Assembly: GCA_964019335.1 (NCBI GenBank)
Contig: OZ025701.1
Location: 186,001 to 250,000 of the forward strand
Source: Diplonema japonicum
Taxonomy: Eukaryota > Protista > Euglenozoa: Diplonemea
Direction of reading: 5' to 3'
Length of the DNA stretch: 64,000 nucleotides
In this document: positions 52,521 through 62,852 of the stretch, one piece after another
Layout of the letters: each line of letters starts with the position of its first letter
Numbering within the stretch: position 1 is the first letter of the stretch
Made by a program: the position numbers and the translations under genes
The notes under the pieces: model-generated
What the model was told of the DNA's origin: nothing
What the model saw: only the letters and a program-made list of their open reading frames with translations
Databases searched by the model: none

Positions 52521-54014
52521 TCAGTATGTGTTTGGGGGGTTTTCCCTGTAATGTTTTTGAACCGGGGCGACCAACGCCCTTGCAGTTTCGGCCCTGTCGT
52601 GCGTGGTGTTCACATTGGTGACGCCCCACGATGTGGACGTGGTGCGGTACATCCTACACAGCACCACGGCTCTGTGCGGACCCGCTGACGTCAAGGGAAA
52701 CTGCGCAAGCGATTCCCCGGACTGAGGAATAGTGATCGAAGCGTCGATTTGCACTACATCCTGAAACGGATCTCCGGAGTAAGAAGTTATGACAAAATAC
52801 ATGGCTGTAACCTCAGGCGGGACGGAGACGAGGTTCACGGTGATACATTCCTTTTCACCAACAGGGGCGGACATCATGTCGCCACTATGTTGAAACACAC
52901 CTCCACCACCGTACTCCAGGTTCGCGAAATATACCATCCCACACCTGCCGCCCTTCTCATTGAGGAGGATACACGATAAATCGAGGTCGATCATACCCTT
53001 CCAATGCATGCCGATTTCAACAGTCTCAACTGCTGCACCATTACGGGAACGTATGTCGTGATCGATCCCTGAGGCGTAGACTTCTCCTGCTGCGCGACGG
53101 TCTTCCGTTGCCACCAAATTGTTGAGCAGTTCCGTCTCCTTATCCAGCGTTACATCTGAACCGTTTGCCTTCACGTATTTTAAGATCGTTTCCATGTTTT
53201 TAACGCTCATCACGTAAGGCGGGTTTTGAAGCTTTCCGTTGAAGGTATCGTTGTACAGAAGAACGCCAGGAGGCGGTCCGGCTCCCGACGGCTGTCTCAC
53301 CCATTGTATAAATTCGCTAATAGTTTCAGAATCACCATGCAACGGGGTTATAAGAACGGTGAGATTGATATTCTGAGGCGTTGGTTGGGTGATATGAGTC
53401 TCGAGTACTTCTTTTGCGGCTTGCAGGTTGGGTGTTGATGTGACAGCATACGAGTTTTCCCTTAAAGCTGCAACGAGATTCTCTTCGGTAGTATTAATGA
53501 GAAATACATGGTTACGGACATCGGCGTGCCCTACAGCGTGTGTTTTTAAAAGATTCTCCTTGTGGGGTGTCGCTTCTGTTGGTTTTGTTTGAGGTGGGGT
53601 TTCGGGTTTTTTGGGTCGTGTAGTAGTTGTTGTAGTTTTAATAGAGGATGCTTTTTCCTTCGCTTGTCGCCGTATTTCTTTTTCTTCCTCGTGTTCTTTT
53701 TCCCACTGCGCTGCTAGGGTCATATCGCCTGTCTTCTTGTACCCAACCTGGTCTACCCTTTCTCCTCTTTGTTTTTCTTTTTCCGCGGTGTCTTCCAAGG
53801 TTTTCGCGGTGACCTGGGCGGTCTTCCCTTGCATCTTTAGGGCTTCGATGTACATGTCGTGTGTAAACTCTCCCATTGCCTCGCCTTCCTTTTTGTCTTT
53901 CTTCCTCGCCATGTCGTCTAACCGTTTTTGCTCCTTGTCTATGTCCTCCACTGCTGGGTCCTTCCCGTTCATCCGCAGTGCTTGGATGTACTCGTCATGT
54001 GTGTAGGATTCCAT
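52521..54014 (-). CDS. TerD-domain protein with a long N-terminal extension (497 aa)
   Basis: C-terminal IDLDLSCILL...MVYFANL...FQHSGD...ECITVNLVSVPPEV..MYFVITSYSG..F is TerD/TerZ-like. Confidence 0.85.
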   Translation of the reverse strand: MESYTHDEYIQALRMNGKDPAVEDIDKEQKRLDDMARKKDKKEGEAMGEFTHDMYIEALKMQGKTAQVTAKTLEDTAEKEKQRGERVDQVGYKKTGDMTLAAQWEKEHEEEKEIRRQAKEKASSIKTTTTTTRPKKPETPPQTKPTEATPHKENLLKTHAVGHADVRNHVFLINTTEENLVAALRENSYAVTSTPNLQAAKEVLETHITQPTPQNINLTVLITPLHGDSETISEFIQWVRQPSGAGPPPGVLLYNDTFNGKLQNPPYVMSVKNMETILKYVKANGSDVTLDKETELLNNLVATEDRRAAGEVYASGIDHDIRSRNGAAVETVEIGMHWKGMIDLDLSCILLNEKGGRCGMVYFANLEYGGGGVFQHSGDMMSAPVGEKECITVNLVSVPPEVTAMYFVITSYSGDPFQDVVQIDASITIPQSGESLAQFPLTSAGPHRAVVLCRMYRTTSTSWGVTNVNTTHDRAETARALVAPVQKHYRENPPNTY

Positions 54015-54040
54015 TTTTTTTTTTTTTTTTTGTGTTTCTG

Positions 54041-54086
<46 letters not shown>

Positions 54087-54281
54087 GGTCAAAGTTTTTT
54101 GTCAACACGAAAAAATATTGAGGGGGAGGAACATGGAAAAAAAAAGGGGGGTGGTGGTGAAAGCACTTTATCGATGCTTTTCTTTTTTTTTTTTCTTTTT
54201 TTTTTTCTTTCCTTTTCCTCCCACACCCCTCCCCAAGCCCTTTTTTTTCTTTTTGCCCCACCCTCCCTCCCTCTCTCATGA

Positions 54282-54828
54282 TCATTCCGACATCACATTC
54301 TTGTCCTGCCACATTCTGAGAGTCCGAGCACGCTCGGCCACAGTGGAATACTGTTCCAGCTCTTCCACAGGGAAGTGCCTGTTGATGAGGGGTAAAAAAA
54401 AACTTTTTTCGTTTCCCCACATACTTGTCTAAAAATCGTTCGCCCTTTGGTTTGAATTCGCCAAGATGTGCAGCCTGGATGGCCCACACAGCCGCTGTTT
54501 GTTTCTCGATGCTGGTGTGGTAGAGGTAGGCCGCAAGGGCGAGGCCGAACCCGCCTGCGGTGTGTCCAATAAGTTTGAAGGTTTTGGCCCGTTTGCTAGG
54601 AGCAAATATGGAGACGGAGGCGTCGTAGTGGGACCCTTTCTTCAGGTTAGAAACTATCAGCATATTCGACATCATGAACAATCCGTAGCTTGCCCACATT
54701 CCACCTACCGCGTACGCCTTAATGCAATACTCCTTTCCCGTGTCAAGGTCAGCAAGCTTTGAACCCGTTTGCAGCCTGTCTGGGTACCGTGTCCTCAGCC
54801 TTTCTACCTCCTCGTAGCTCAAACCCAT
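54282..54828 (-). CDS. Small membrane protein (166 aa; intron 54379-54424)
   Basis: ATG at 54828 and two hydrophobic segments. A phase-2 GTATG...CAG intron gives ...ERFLDK/HFPVEELEQYSTVAERARTLRMWQDKNVMSE*. Confidence 0.75.
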
Positions 54829-55626
54829 CTCTTCTCTATTTGTTTTTCTTTTTTTTTTTTTTTTTGCCTTTTTGATTTTTTCTTCTTTTGTTGTCGATTC
54901 AAAAAAAAGAAAGAAAAAAAAATAAGAAAAGATTTTACAAAAAGGAAAGAAAGACAAGGGGGGTGGGGGTGGGGGGGGGGACTATAATAAAACAATTCGG
55001 GAAAGGGGTGGAAGGGGTAACAGTTTTTTTATTTTTTTTTTTTTTTCTTTGGAGAAAATGAAAAAGAGAGAACAAGAAGAAGAAGAAGGAGAAAAAACAA
55101 GAATGGGCGAGTGATTCTTTTTTTGTTTGCACAACAGCTACAAACTCTTCAACGCACAGTGCAGCCCATATTCTTTTTGATAACCACAATAACAAGTGCT
55201 TCTGTTCATCGTAAAAAAAAAAAGAAAAAGGGAAAAAAAAAAACCCCCCCCGATGCTTTAAGGACAAAGGATCTACGTGTGAGGGAAATAGACGAGATGA
55301 CGTCCATAAATAGTCTTTTAAGGTGCAATATTTATCTCTTCCCTCTCCCCCTTTTTTTTTTTCCTTCTTCCAGGGGAGCCGTAGTATATAAAATAACAAG
55401 AGAATTCAGTCCTGTAAAGCCTGGTATCGAAAAGCCCCCGAAACATCTTTGGCCTCCTACACATTTCTTTTTAGAATTTTTTTTGCATTGGGGGGGGGGG
55501 GGGGTTTTAATTACTTAAAAATACGGGTTAAATTTCAACACACTTATTAAAAAGCGCTATCATTTTCCCCCTCATTTAAATAATTTAAAAAAAATGGGGG
55601 GGGAGAAAAAAAAACTTCAACACTGT

Positions 55627-57816
55627 TCACCCAACTAAACAAGACCGGAATCCATTTTTAATGTTGCGGAACTCGCTTTCTTGTATACACATAACCTCAA
55701 GCCGCGCACTGCGCTGCAGCAGCGACAGCGCCACGAAGGAAAGGGGCGCGTTGGCTGGGGACGAAGGGGACACCGGAGTGACGTAGCTGTTTTGGGACTT
55801 GGAGCAGGTCTTCTCGATGGCCTTGATGCGTTGTATTATATTCAGTGCTAGATCCACTACCTGTGTGTCGCCCTTCGATGTTTGTGATGTCGGTGAAGCC
55901 ACCTCTTCAGGCATCAAAGGTGTAACAGGTTCAGCCAGGTATTTCTCTTTCTTTTCCACCTCCGTCGCCTTCCGCCGTTCCCCCCTGTCCCAAGAGGGTG
56001 AAGACACTATTTCTGATTTCGGCGAAACCACCTCCTCGGGCATCAAGGGTGTGACCGGTTCGGCCAGGTATTTCTCCTGCCTCTCCGCCTCCCTAACTTT
56101 CCGCCGCTCCCCCCTCTCTTTCTCCCTTGCGGCGGCTTCCTCTCGTATTTTTGCTTCCCGCAAAACGGCTGCTTCCTTGCGATCTTCCTCCGCCTTCTTC
56201 CGTTCAGCATCACGTCGCTCCCTATCAGCTTCTCTTTCTTTTTGTCTCTGCGGATGATTTTTTTTTCCCCCAAAAAAAAAAAATCAAAAAAAAAAAAAAA
56301 ATACCTTCTCTCTTTGTTCCTTCAACTCTCTGAGCCTTTTCTCAGCCGCGGTTTCCTGTCTAGGTGGTTCCGGTTCGGGTTCCGGTTCCCGTTCCTCGCT
56401 TTCCTCTCGTTTAGGCTCCAAAGCCGGAGGGGTCTCTATTGTTGCGCCCATCGTGGCCATGGGGAACCCTATGTCATCAGGCGTCTTTTCAATCCTTTTA
56501 GTCTCCTCAGGGAAGGGTTCTGGCAAAATCTCCTCGTCGGCGATGGGAGACACAGGGGCGTAGTCGGGCTTCGGTTCCGACTCCGTTGCCTTGACCCCTT
56601 CTTCCTCTCGTTCTTCCTCTTCTTCACCCTCTTCCTCTTCCTCGTAGTCATCTGAGGAGTTTGACACTGTGCCCATAGGTTGAAGCTTTGCCTCGCCTCG
56701 GAGAAGGAGATCCTCGGGGGTGTCGGCGATCGTCATGGTAACGGATAAGTTAGGCTTGAACGTGGTGTGTTTTTTATCTTTCGCTGCTTTGTCAAGAAAC
56801 ATCTTGGTGAAAGTATGTGGGCCGATGGCTGTGAAGGCGGTGTGAAACCAGAAGTGGAAGAGGTGTTCTGACGACCGCAAACGATGAGAGGCTTTGAAGG
56901 TAACCCTCACATCGCCTCTTACGATAATATCGAACGAGGATATTGGGAAGGAAAAGGTACCGTTTCCGGTGGACACAGATTTGAAGTTTAAATGCTGGCG
57001 CGAGTCGAATACAACGTCTGCGTCAGAGCCCATTCGCTCAGGGCCTTGTGTGATAATGATGAACAGATCCCACTGCGATCCACCGGAAACGGTTAACGAG
57101 GAAATTTTCAAAGGGGGAGCGGGAGGAGCTTTTCCGTTGTTGTTTGCTAGCATGGTTTCCCAGTACCCGACGTAACGGTGTTGCGAGGGGATGGTTACTC
57201 CCTCGCCGTCGGAGGTTCGAAGCGATGCGAAATGAGCAAGAGCAGCTTTCGGTTTTCGAAACTTCTTGTCGACCATCATTAGGTAGCAAGCTATCAAAAC
57301 CCCTGTTCTCCCCTTCCCCGCCTTGCAGTGGACAGCGGCAACATTTTCCTTGTTTTCTTTGAGAAAATCTGAAACATCGTTTACAAACTCCGGGATAATG
57401 TCGATGGGCGCAGGAGCATTGTGATCGTCAAAAGGAAATCTCTTGTATCTTCTGTCGAATCTGGAGTCCTTGTCGTAGCTCCTTTCAGAACACAGATTGT
57501 ACACTCTAAAGTTCTTGCCGTGACGGATCCGGAAGAATTCTTCAACTTTATCGACGGGGTTCCTGTAATACCCCTCTGTCCCGTGGGAGGGGAAGCCCAT
57601 GGCTATAACGTTAGGTGTAATGTATGTTAAGTCCAAGTTGAACCCTTCTTCTGTGAACCGTACTTTGTTCATGCTAACCATTCCGCGGACCTTCGCTGCA
57701 ATCATGCCGCCTTTTTCATTGGGGCTTCCCGGTGCGTCCGCCTTGAGCTTTGTTTTCTTCTTCGATTCCTTCTTCTCTCCATTTTTTGTTTTGGACGGCG
57801 ACGGTGATTTTTTCAT
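55627..57816 (-). CDS. PTEN: PTEN-like phosphatase with C2 domain and long charged tail (about 710 aa; intron 56248-56304)
   Basis: VSMNKVRFTEEGFNLDLTYIT..VIAMGFP, VYNLCSE, FPFDDHNAP, HCKAGKGRTG, GVTIPSQHRYV, LFHFWFHTAF. A phase-0 intron joins ORFs 56284..58020 and 55627..56163. Confidence 0.92.
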
Positions 57817-59428
57817 CTTTGCATTTTTTTTTTTTTTTTTGCGTGTTTTGTTTTTGCCTTTTTTTTTTGGGTGAGGTTTTTTTTTTTTTTTTTCTGAAAA
57901 AAAAAAAAAAAAAAAAAAACACGCCAATAACCCCTTTAAAAAGCATACATAAAGAATGGTCCGTTGAAAAAAAGATGACCCTTCTTTTTTTTTTTTTTTT
58001 TTCCTTTTAAAATCACACAAAAAAAAAGGGGGGAGGGAAAGCGGGGCGGGGTGGAAGTAGGGCGGATATAAGAATTTTTTTAGCGTTTAAAGAAAGAAAA
58101 AAAGAGGGGAGGGGGGGAAGTAGAAAAAAAAAAACTAGGCATTTACGAAGAGTTTTTGCTCACCACTACCTGTCCTGCGGCTTCAGCCCGTCTTGTGCCC
58201 GTTCTGGGGGACTCGCGGGTGTAAAAAAATAGAAAAAAAAAAAAAAGAAAAGAAACTGCCTTTTACAAATAAAATTAACGCCCCATATCTCTAATCCCAG
58301 AGGGAATATTCGGAAAACTTCGAAAAATCTTCGAAAGGTATTGGTTGAGAAACATTTTTTTCAAGAATTTACAGTGTTTAACCATTTGCAAGCCCAGACG
58401 GGTTTTAGAGACATGGGGATGAACAATATTAAGAATCACGGATAAGAAAAAAAAATAAATATAAGAGTTAAAGGAGGCCGGCGCCCTGCTTTCAATAAAG
58501 AAAATAAAAAAAAAAGAATATAAGTATAGTTGAGGTGTGTGTGTGTGTGTGTGTTTTGCGCGATTTTCTTCTTCTTCTTTTTTCTTCTTCTTTTTTCCAG
58601 CTCGTTCGCATAGCACCAATATCTATGGCAGGAAAATGGACTACATCCCCCCCTTTCGAGAATTACAACTAAAGTGCATTCCCCCCCCCCCCCCCCCCCC
58701 CTTAGTCAGAGGGTAACAAGGGCGTTTAATTAAGGAAAAGGGTAAGAAAAAAAAAAGAAAAAAAAAAAAGCATCGTTAGTGCCTGTATTAATGCAGAATT
58801 ACCAACCAACACACTGACTGTGACAGAATATTCATACACTAGAACAGCCAAAAGGGGAGGGGTTTTTTTTTGGGGTTTGGAATGAGGAATAAAACTGAGA
58901 GCAACAAAGAGTGGGGAGGAGGGACAAGGACATTACACAAAGCCTCGTTTTTTCACCCCCCCCCCTCGTTTATTTATTCCACTTCTCATATTCTTTTAGT
59001 ACTACCCCCCGTCTTCCTTTTTTTTTTCCGCACTCGTATCGCTCCGTTAGTTAAAAAAAAAAAGTGCATTACTTTCAAAAGTAATTCAGTTCCTTCAAAA
59101 TGTCCAAGGTTGCCTTTTTGCGATATACATATCGAGAGCCCCCGAGAAGGTTGGGCTGCCCCCCCTCCCACTATAATTTCAAGAGTGTCGTGAAATAAAA
59201 CCACCTACCTTTTTTTGTTTGCGGTAAAATAGCTGTCAAAAAAAAAAAAAAAAAAAAAAAAAAAAGAAGAACCCTGCTACCCCCAAAAAAGAATTGTATA
59301 AAAATAGAAGGAAAAACAAAAAAAGGGAAAAAAGGAGGGCCTCCCTAGTTTCCCCAAAAGTAAGAGACTCCCTCTTACTTCGGATTGAAAGGCTTGGAAG
59401 GGGTTAACCAATATCTTTTCTGTATGGG

Positions 59429-59459
<31 letters not shown>

Positions 59460-61197
59460 CCCCTGTTCTTTTTTTTCGTTTGCTCTCCTTTCTTTTCCTC
59501 CCCTTTGTTCTCCCCTCCTGCCAAAGGTGGTTGAGTTTCTCGGGGTCAGTTGAGCTTGGGACGAAAAAAAAAAAAAAAAAAAATTCAAATTAATATATGC
59601 AAGCTCCCTGAGACGAAAGCTGCATGCCCTAAAAAGGAGAAGGGGTATGGTCAGTACTAGATATCTCTCAGTTTCAAACATATCTCAAATAAAAAAAAAA
59701 AAAAAAAGAAAAAAAGACTAAAAAAGAATTAACAAATCATGCGCACCCCATCCCTTTTTTTTTTTTTAAAAACAAATCTTTTAAACCACAAAGACGGGAA
59801 CACTGATAAAAATCGGCCAATACCAGAATACCGAGATGCGAATTTACTTTAGTCACGAAACCTATACAGGGGTCGTCATATTTTGGCAAAAAAAAAAAAA
59901 AAAAGCAACCCTTTATGGTTAGAAATAAAAGTATCTGAAAAAAATAAGGAAACGGGAAACGTTTATTGCCAGCATAACCAGCCCCCCCCCCCCCCCCTGT
60001 GAGGGGGGAAAAAAAAGAAGAGTAAGTAGAGACAGTTAATCCTTTATCCCTACTGTAGGTGAAAACGGCTTGCACAAATACAAATATGGCTTGCATCGCC
60101 TTTGACATTTCCGGGCTGACGCCCCTCTGCTCTCCCGACAGCCACCTCCCGAAGGATTTGGGTTCGAGGGGTTGCACAGTCAGCCGATTTTCTTTTGGGA
60201 AATCTTGGGATAACATACTGCGTATTATCACTACTTTTTCTTTCCTTCCTTCCCCGGGAACTGCAGGGCAGGAGTTAAATGGCTGGGGGAAAAAAAGAGA
60301 AAAAAAAACCCCCCCCCGCCACCTTTGGTGGTCATGCCGGCCAGCTCTATAAAATATATTCAAAAAAAAAAATAAGGAAGGGGGAAAGAAATCGACAGCC
60401 TTCTTCCGGAGGACACATATTTACTCTTCGATTATTTGGCAGGGACGTTAGCTTTCTTTCTTTTTTTTTTTCTTCTTTTTCTTTTTTTTTCCCCCCCCCT
60501 CACTAGTAGGGTGGATGGTGCCCAATGCACCACCACCCCCCATAGTGTCAATAATATAATAATAAAAGAAGGAACTGGTCGTAAACAATTTACCCACGTC
60601 CCCCCTTTTGTTTAGATTTTTTTTTTTCCCTTTCTTTTATTTCCCCCTGTCTTCCTCTTTTTTTTTTTTTTTTTAGGAATAGAAAACTATACGTTATCAC
60701 TTTTTCTTTTCTACTTACTGTGCCAGTACAGTTCCGGCATAAGGTAAAGTTTATGGGAAATTTTAGCCTGTTTTGTGTTCTAGCCTTTGGGAAGGGAACA
60801 TCTGCCCACAGCCGGGTCTGTTGAATACAAACAATTTGCCTATGATTACCTATTTTCTTTTATCCCTACTAGGCTGAGTTCTCTCTTTTAAGTAGAAAAG
60901 AAAAGAAATGCAGTTGGGTAAGAAATGTTGCTGCTCAGCAACAACAAAAAAGAGAACAAAAATACAATGACTACAGCTAGGAGAAGGCGGGGGGGAGGAC
61001 AGTAAGGGGGAATAAGGGGGGGGGGGGGGGGGGGGGGAACCAGTAGCTTTATAAAATTCTTTTTTTTTTATATTTTATGTTTAAATCATCTGCTTTTCTT
61101 CCCCAAAATTCACCTTTTTCACTCACTTATCTCGTTCTCCCCCCATTTTCCCCAGAAAAAGAAAAAAAAAAAATATATATATATATATTAAAAAAAA

Positions 61198-61323
61198 GAG
61201 TCGGTTGATTGTTGTTTGTGCACAGCCGGGATTAACCTGTAGAAGGATAAGCCCAACAATGCTACCACTACTCTTTTTAGCAATAACAATTCATTATCAA
61301 TATATTGTTTTTCTTGTTCATGC
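61198..61323 (+). repeat. Module B, copy 2
   Basis: Matches 35273-35400. Confidence 0.85.
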
Positions 61324-61445
61324 AAAAAAAAAAGAAAGAAAACGGTTGCACTTTTAACTAGCTGCAAAACATTCCCTTTTTTTTTCCCTGCGAAACCTTG
61401 TCTCAAATTCTTTTTTTTTCTCCGTTCTTCGTTCTTTTTTTTTTT

Positions 61446-61965
61446 TATTTCACTCTTCGTCATTTTCTTCACTCACTAGGGGCCTCATTATTTAACGCGA
61501 AACGGCCATTATTCAACGCGAAATCGCCATTATTTAACTAGTTAAATAATGAGATTTTGCAGTTAAATAATGGCCCTTCAGAGTGAAATAATGGGTCTCG
61601 CCGTGGAAAAAAATGCACCCAACCCCTTGAAAAATCTTTTTGGGGTGGGGGTATTTTGACTATTTTTGGCCATCTGAGGCCATTCCAGCCCTTAAAGGTG
61701 GGAATAAGTGCCTTACTTCCCCTTTAAATGCCACGGCGAAATAGCTACCCTGTATTACCTTAGGAAAATCCCCAAAAAGCTGACCTGCGTGAAAAAAAAA
61801 CAGCAGTGAAAGCAGTGAAGAGTGAGTGACTCAAATGACGAAAAGTGAAATAAAACGACTTACTTGCCGCCAAATGAGCCATTATTTAACTCTCGTTACC
61901 GTTTTTAAATTCGGGAACTCGAGTTAAATAATGACTCATTATTTGTTGGCAATAAATAGCTATTT
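61446..61965 (+). mobile_element. Family A, copy 3 (hairpin tip deleted)
   Basis: Near-identical to 36077-36618. Starts tatttcactc and ends aatagctattt. Confidence 0.8.
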
Positions 61966-62852
61966 TTTTTCCCCTCCTTCTTCAAAATCCTAAAAGCACT
62001 ACCCTGTGTTTTCATTTTCTTTCGTTCTTAGATCGGTCTCAGGGAGCAATGAATGAGGGCCGGGTGGGGGGGAATTTGGTGATTGGTACCATCAAAAAAA
62101 ATAATTTAAAAAAAAGGGGACCATTATTTTAACTTGCGTTTCCATGCACGAGGCCCGGAGTAGCAACGTGAGTTAAACAATTGCACTTTTCTTTTCTTTT
62201 TTTTTTTTCTTCTTTTTTTGTGGTATTGCTCTATATTATATCCCTCTTGTTTAGTAACTCAGCGCTCCATTTACCACTTGAGGCAGGGAACCAAACTTTT
62301 TCACAAGCTTTCCAGGGATATAGAAAAATTTACGGTCCACGATTAAAAGAGATTACAATAACAAAGTGGTTCTTGTAGTTCCTCATGTAGTTCAATACAC
62401 AAAAACATTTATTTAAAAAAAAAGGTTTTTTTTATAGGAACGATTTTCCCTTAAGTATTTTTTTTTTCTTTTTCTTTTCTTTCTGTGTTTTTTTTTTTCT
62501 TTTTTTTTTTTTCATTCATTTTCTTGTTTTGTTTGTTACCGGAAAAAAAAATCTGGGGATATGAAGGTGAGAAAGAGTATTTTTTTTGTGTGTGTGTGGG
62601 TGTGTGTGTATGCGCTGTTTTTCATTCTATAAAAAAAGAAGGGGGGGGGGGGGTAAATCATTTTCCTGAAACTGCTTTCGATCCGCTTTTTTCTTTCTAC
62701 CACGGAACCAATAGTTCCTAGATTGAGACTTGGCTACTAGCCTTCACCCCCCCCCCCCCCCCCCCCTCCCAAATTAAAGACACACTCTTTTTTCCATTTT
62801 TCCCCCTTTAAAAAAAAACACTTTTTTTCCCCCCCAAAAAAAAAATCTTTTT

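Noticed and set aside
59737-60363. 208-aa minus-strand ORF in the 58-62.8 kb gap
   Set aside because: It runs through homopolymers with no motif; only a short complex core, possibly a decayed repeat.
4951-62721. Numerous poly-Lys/Phe/Gly/Pro ORFs in spacers, and N-terminal extensions of real ORFs
   Set aside because: They are translations of homopolymer tracts with no domain-like content.
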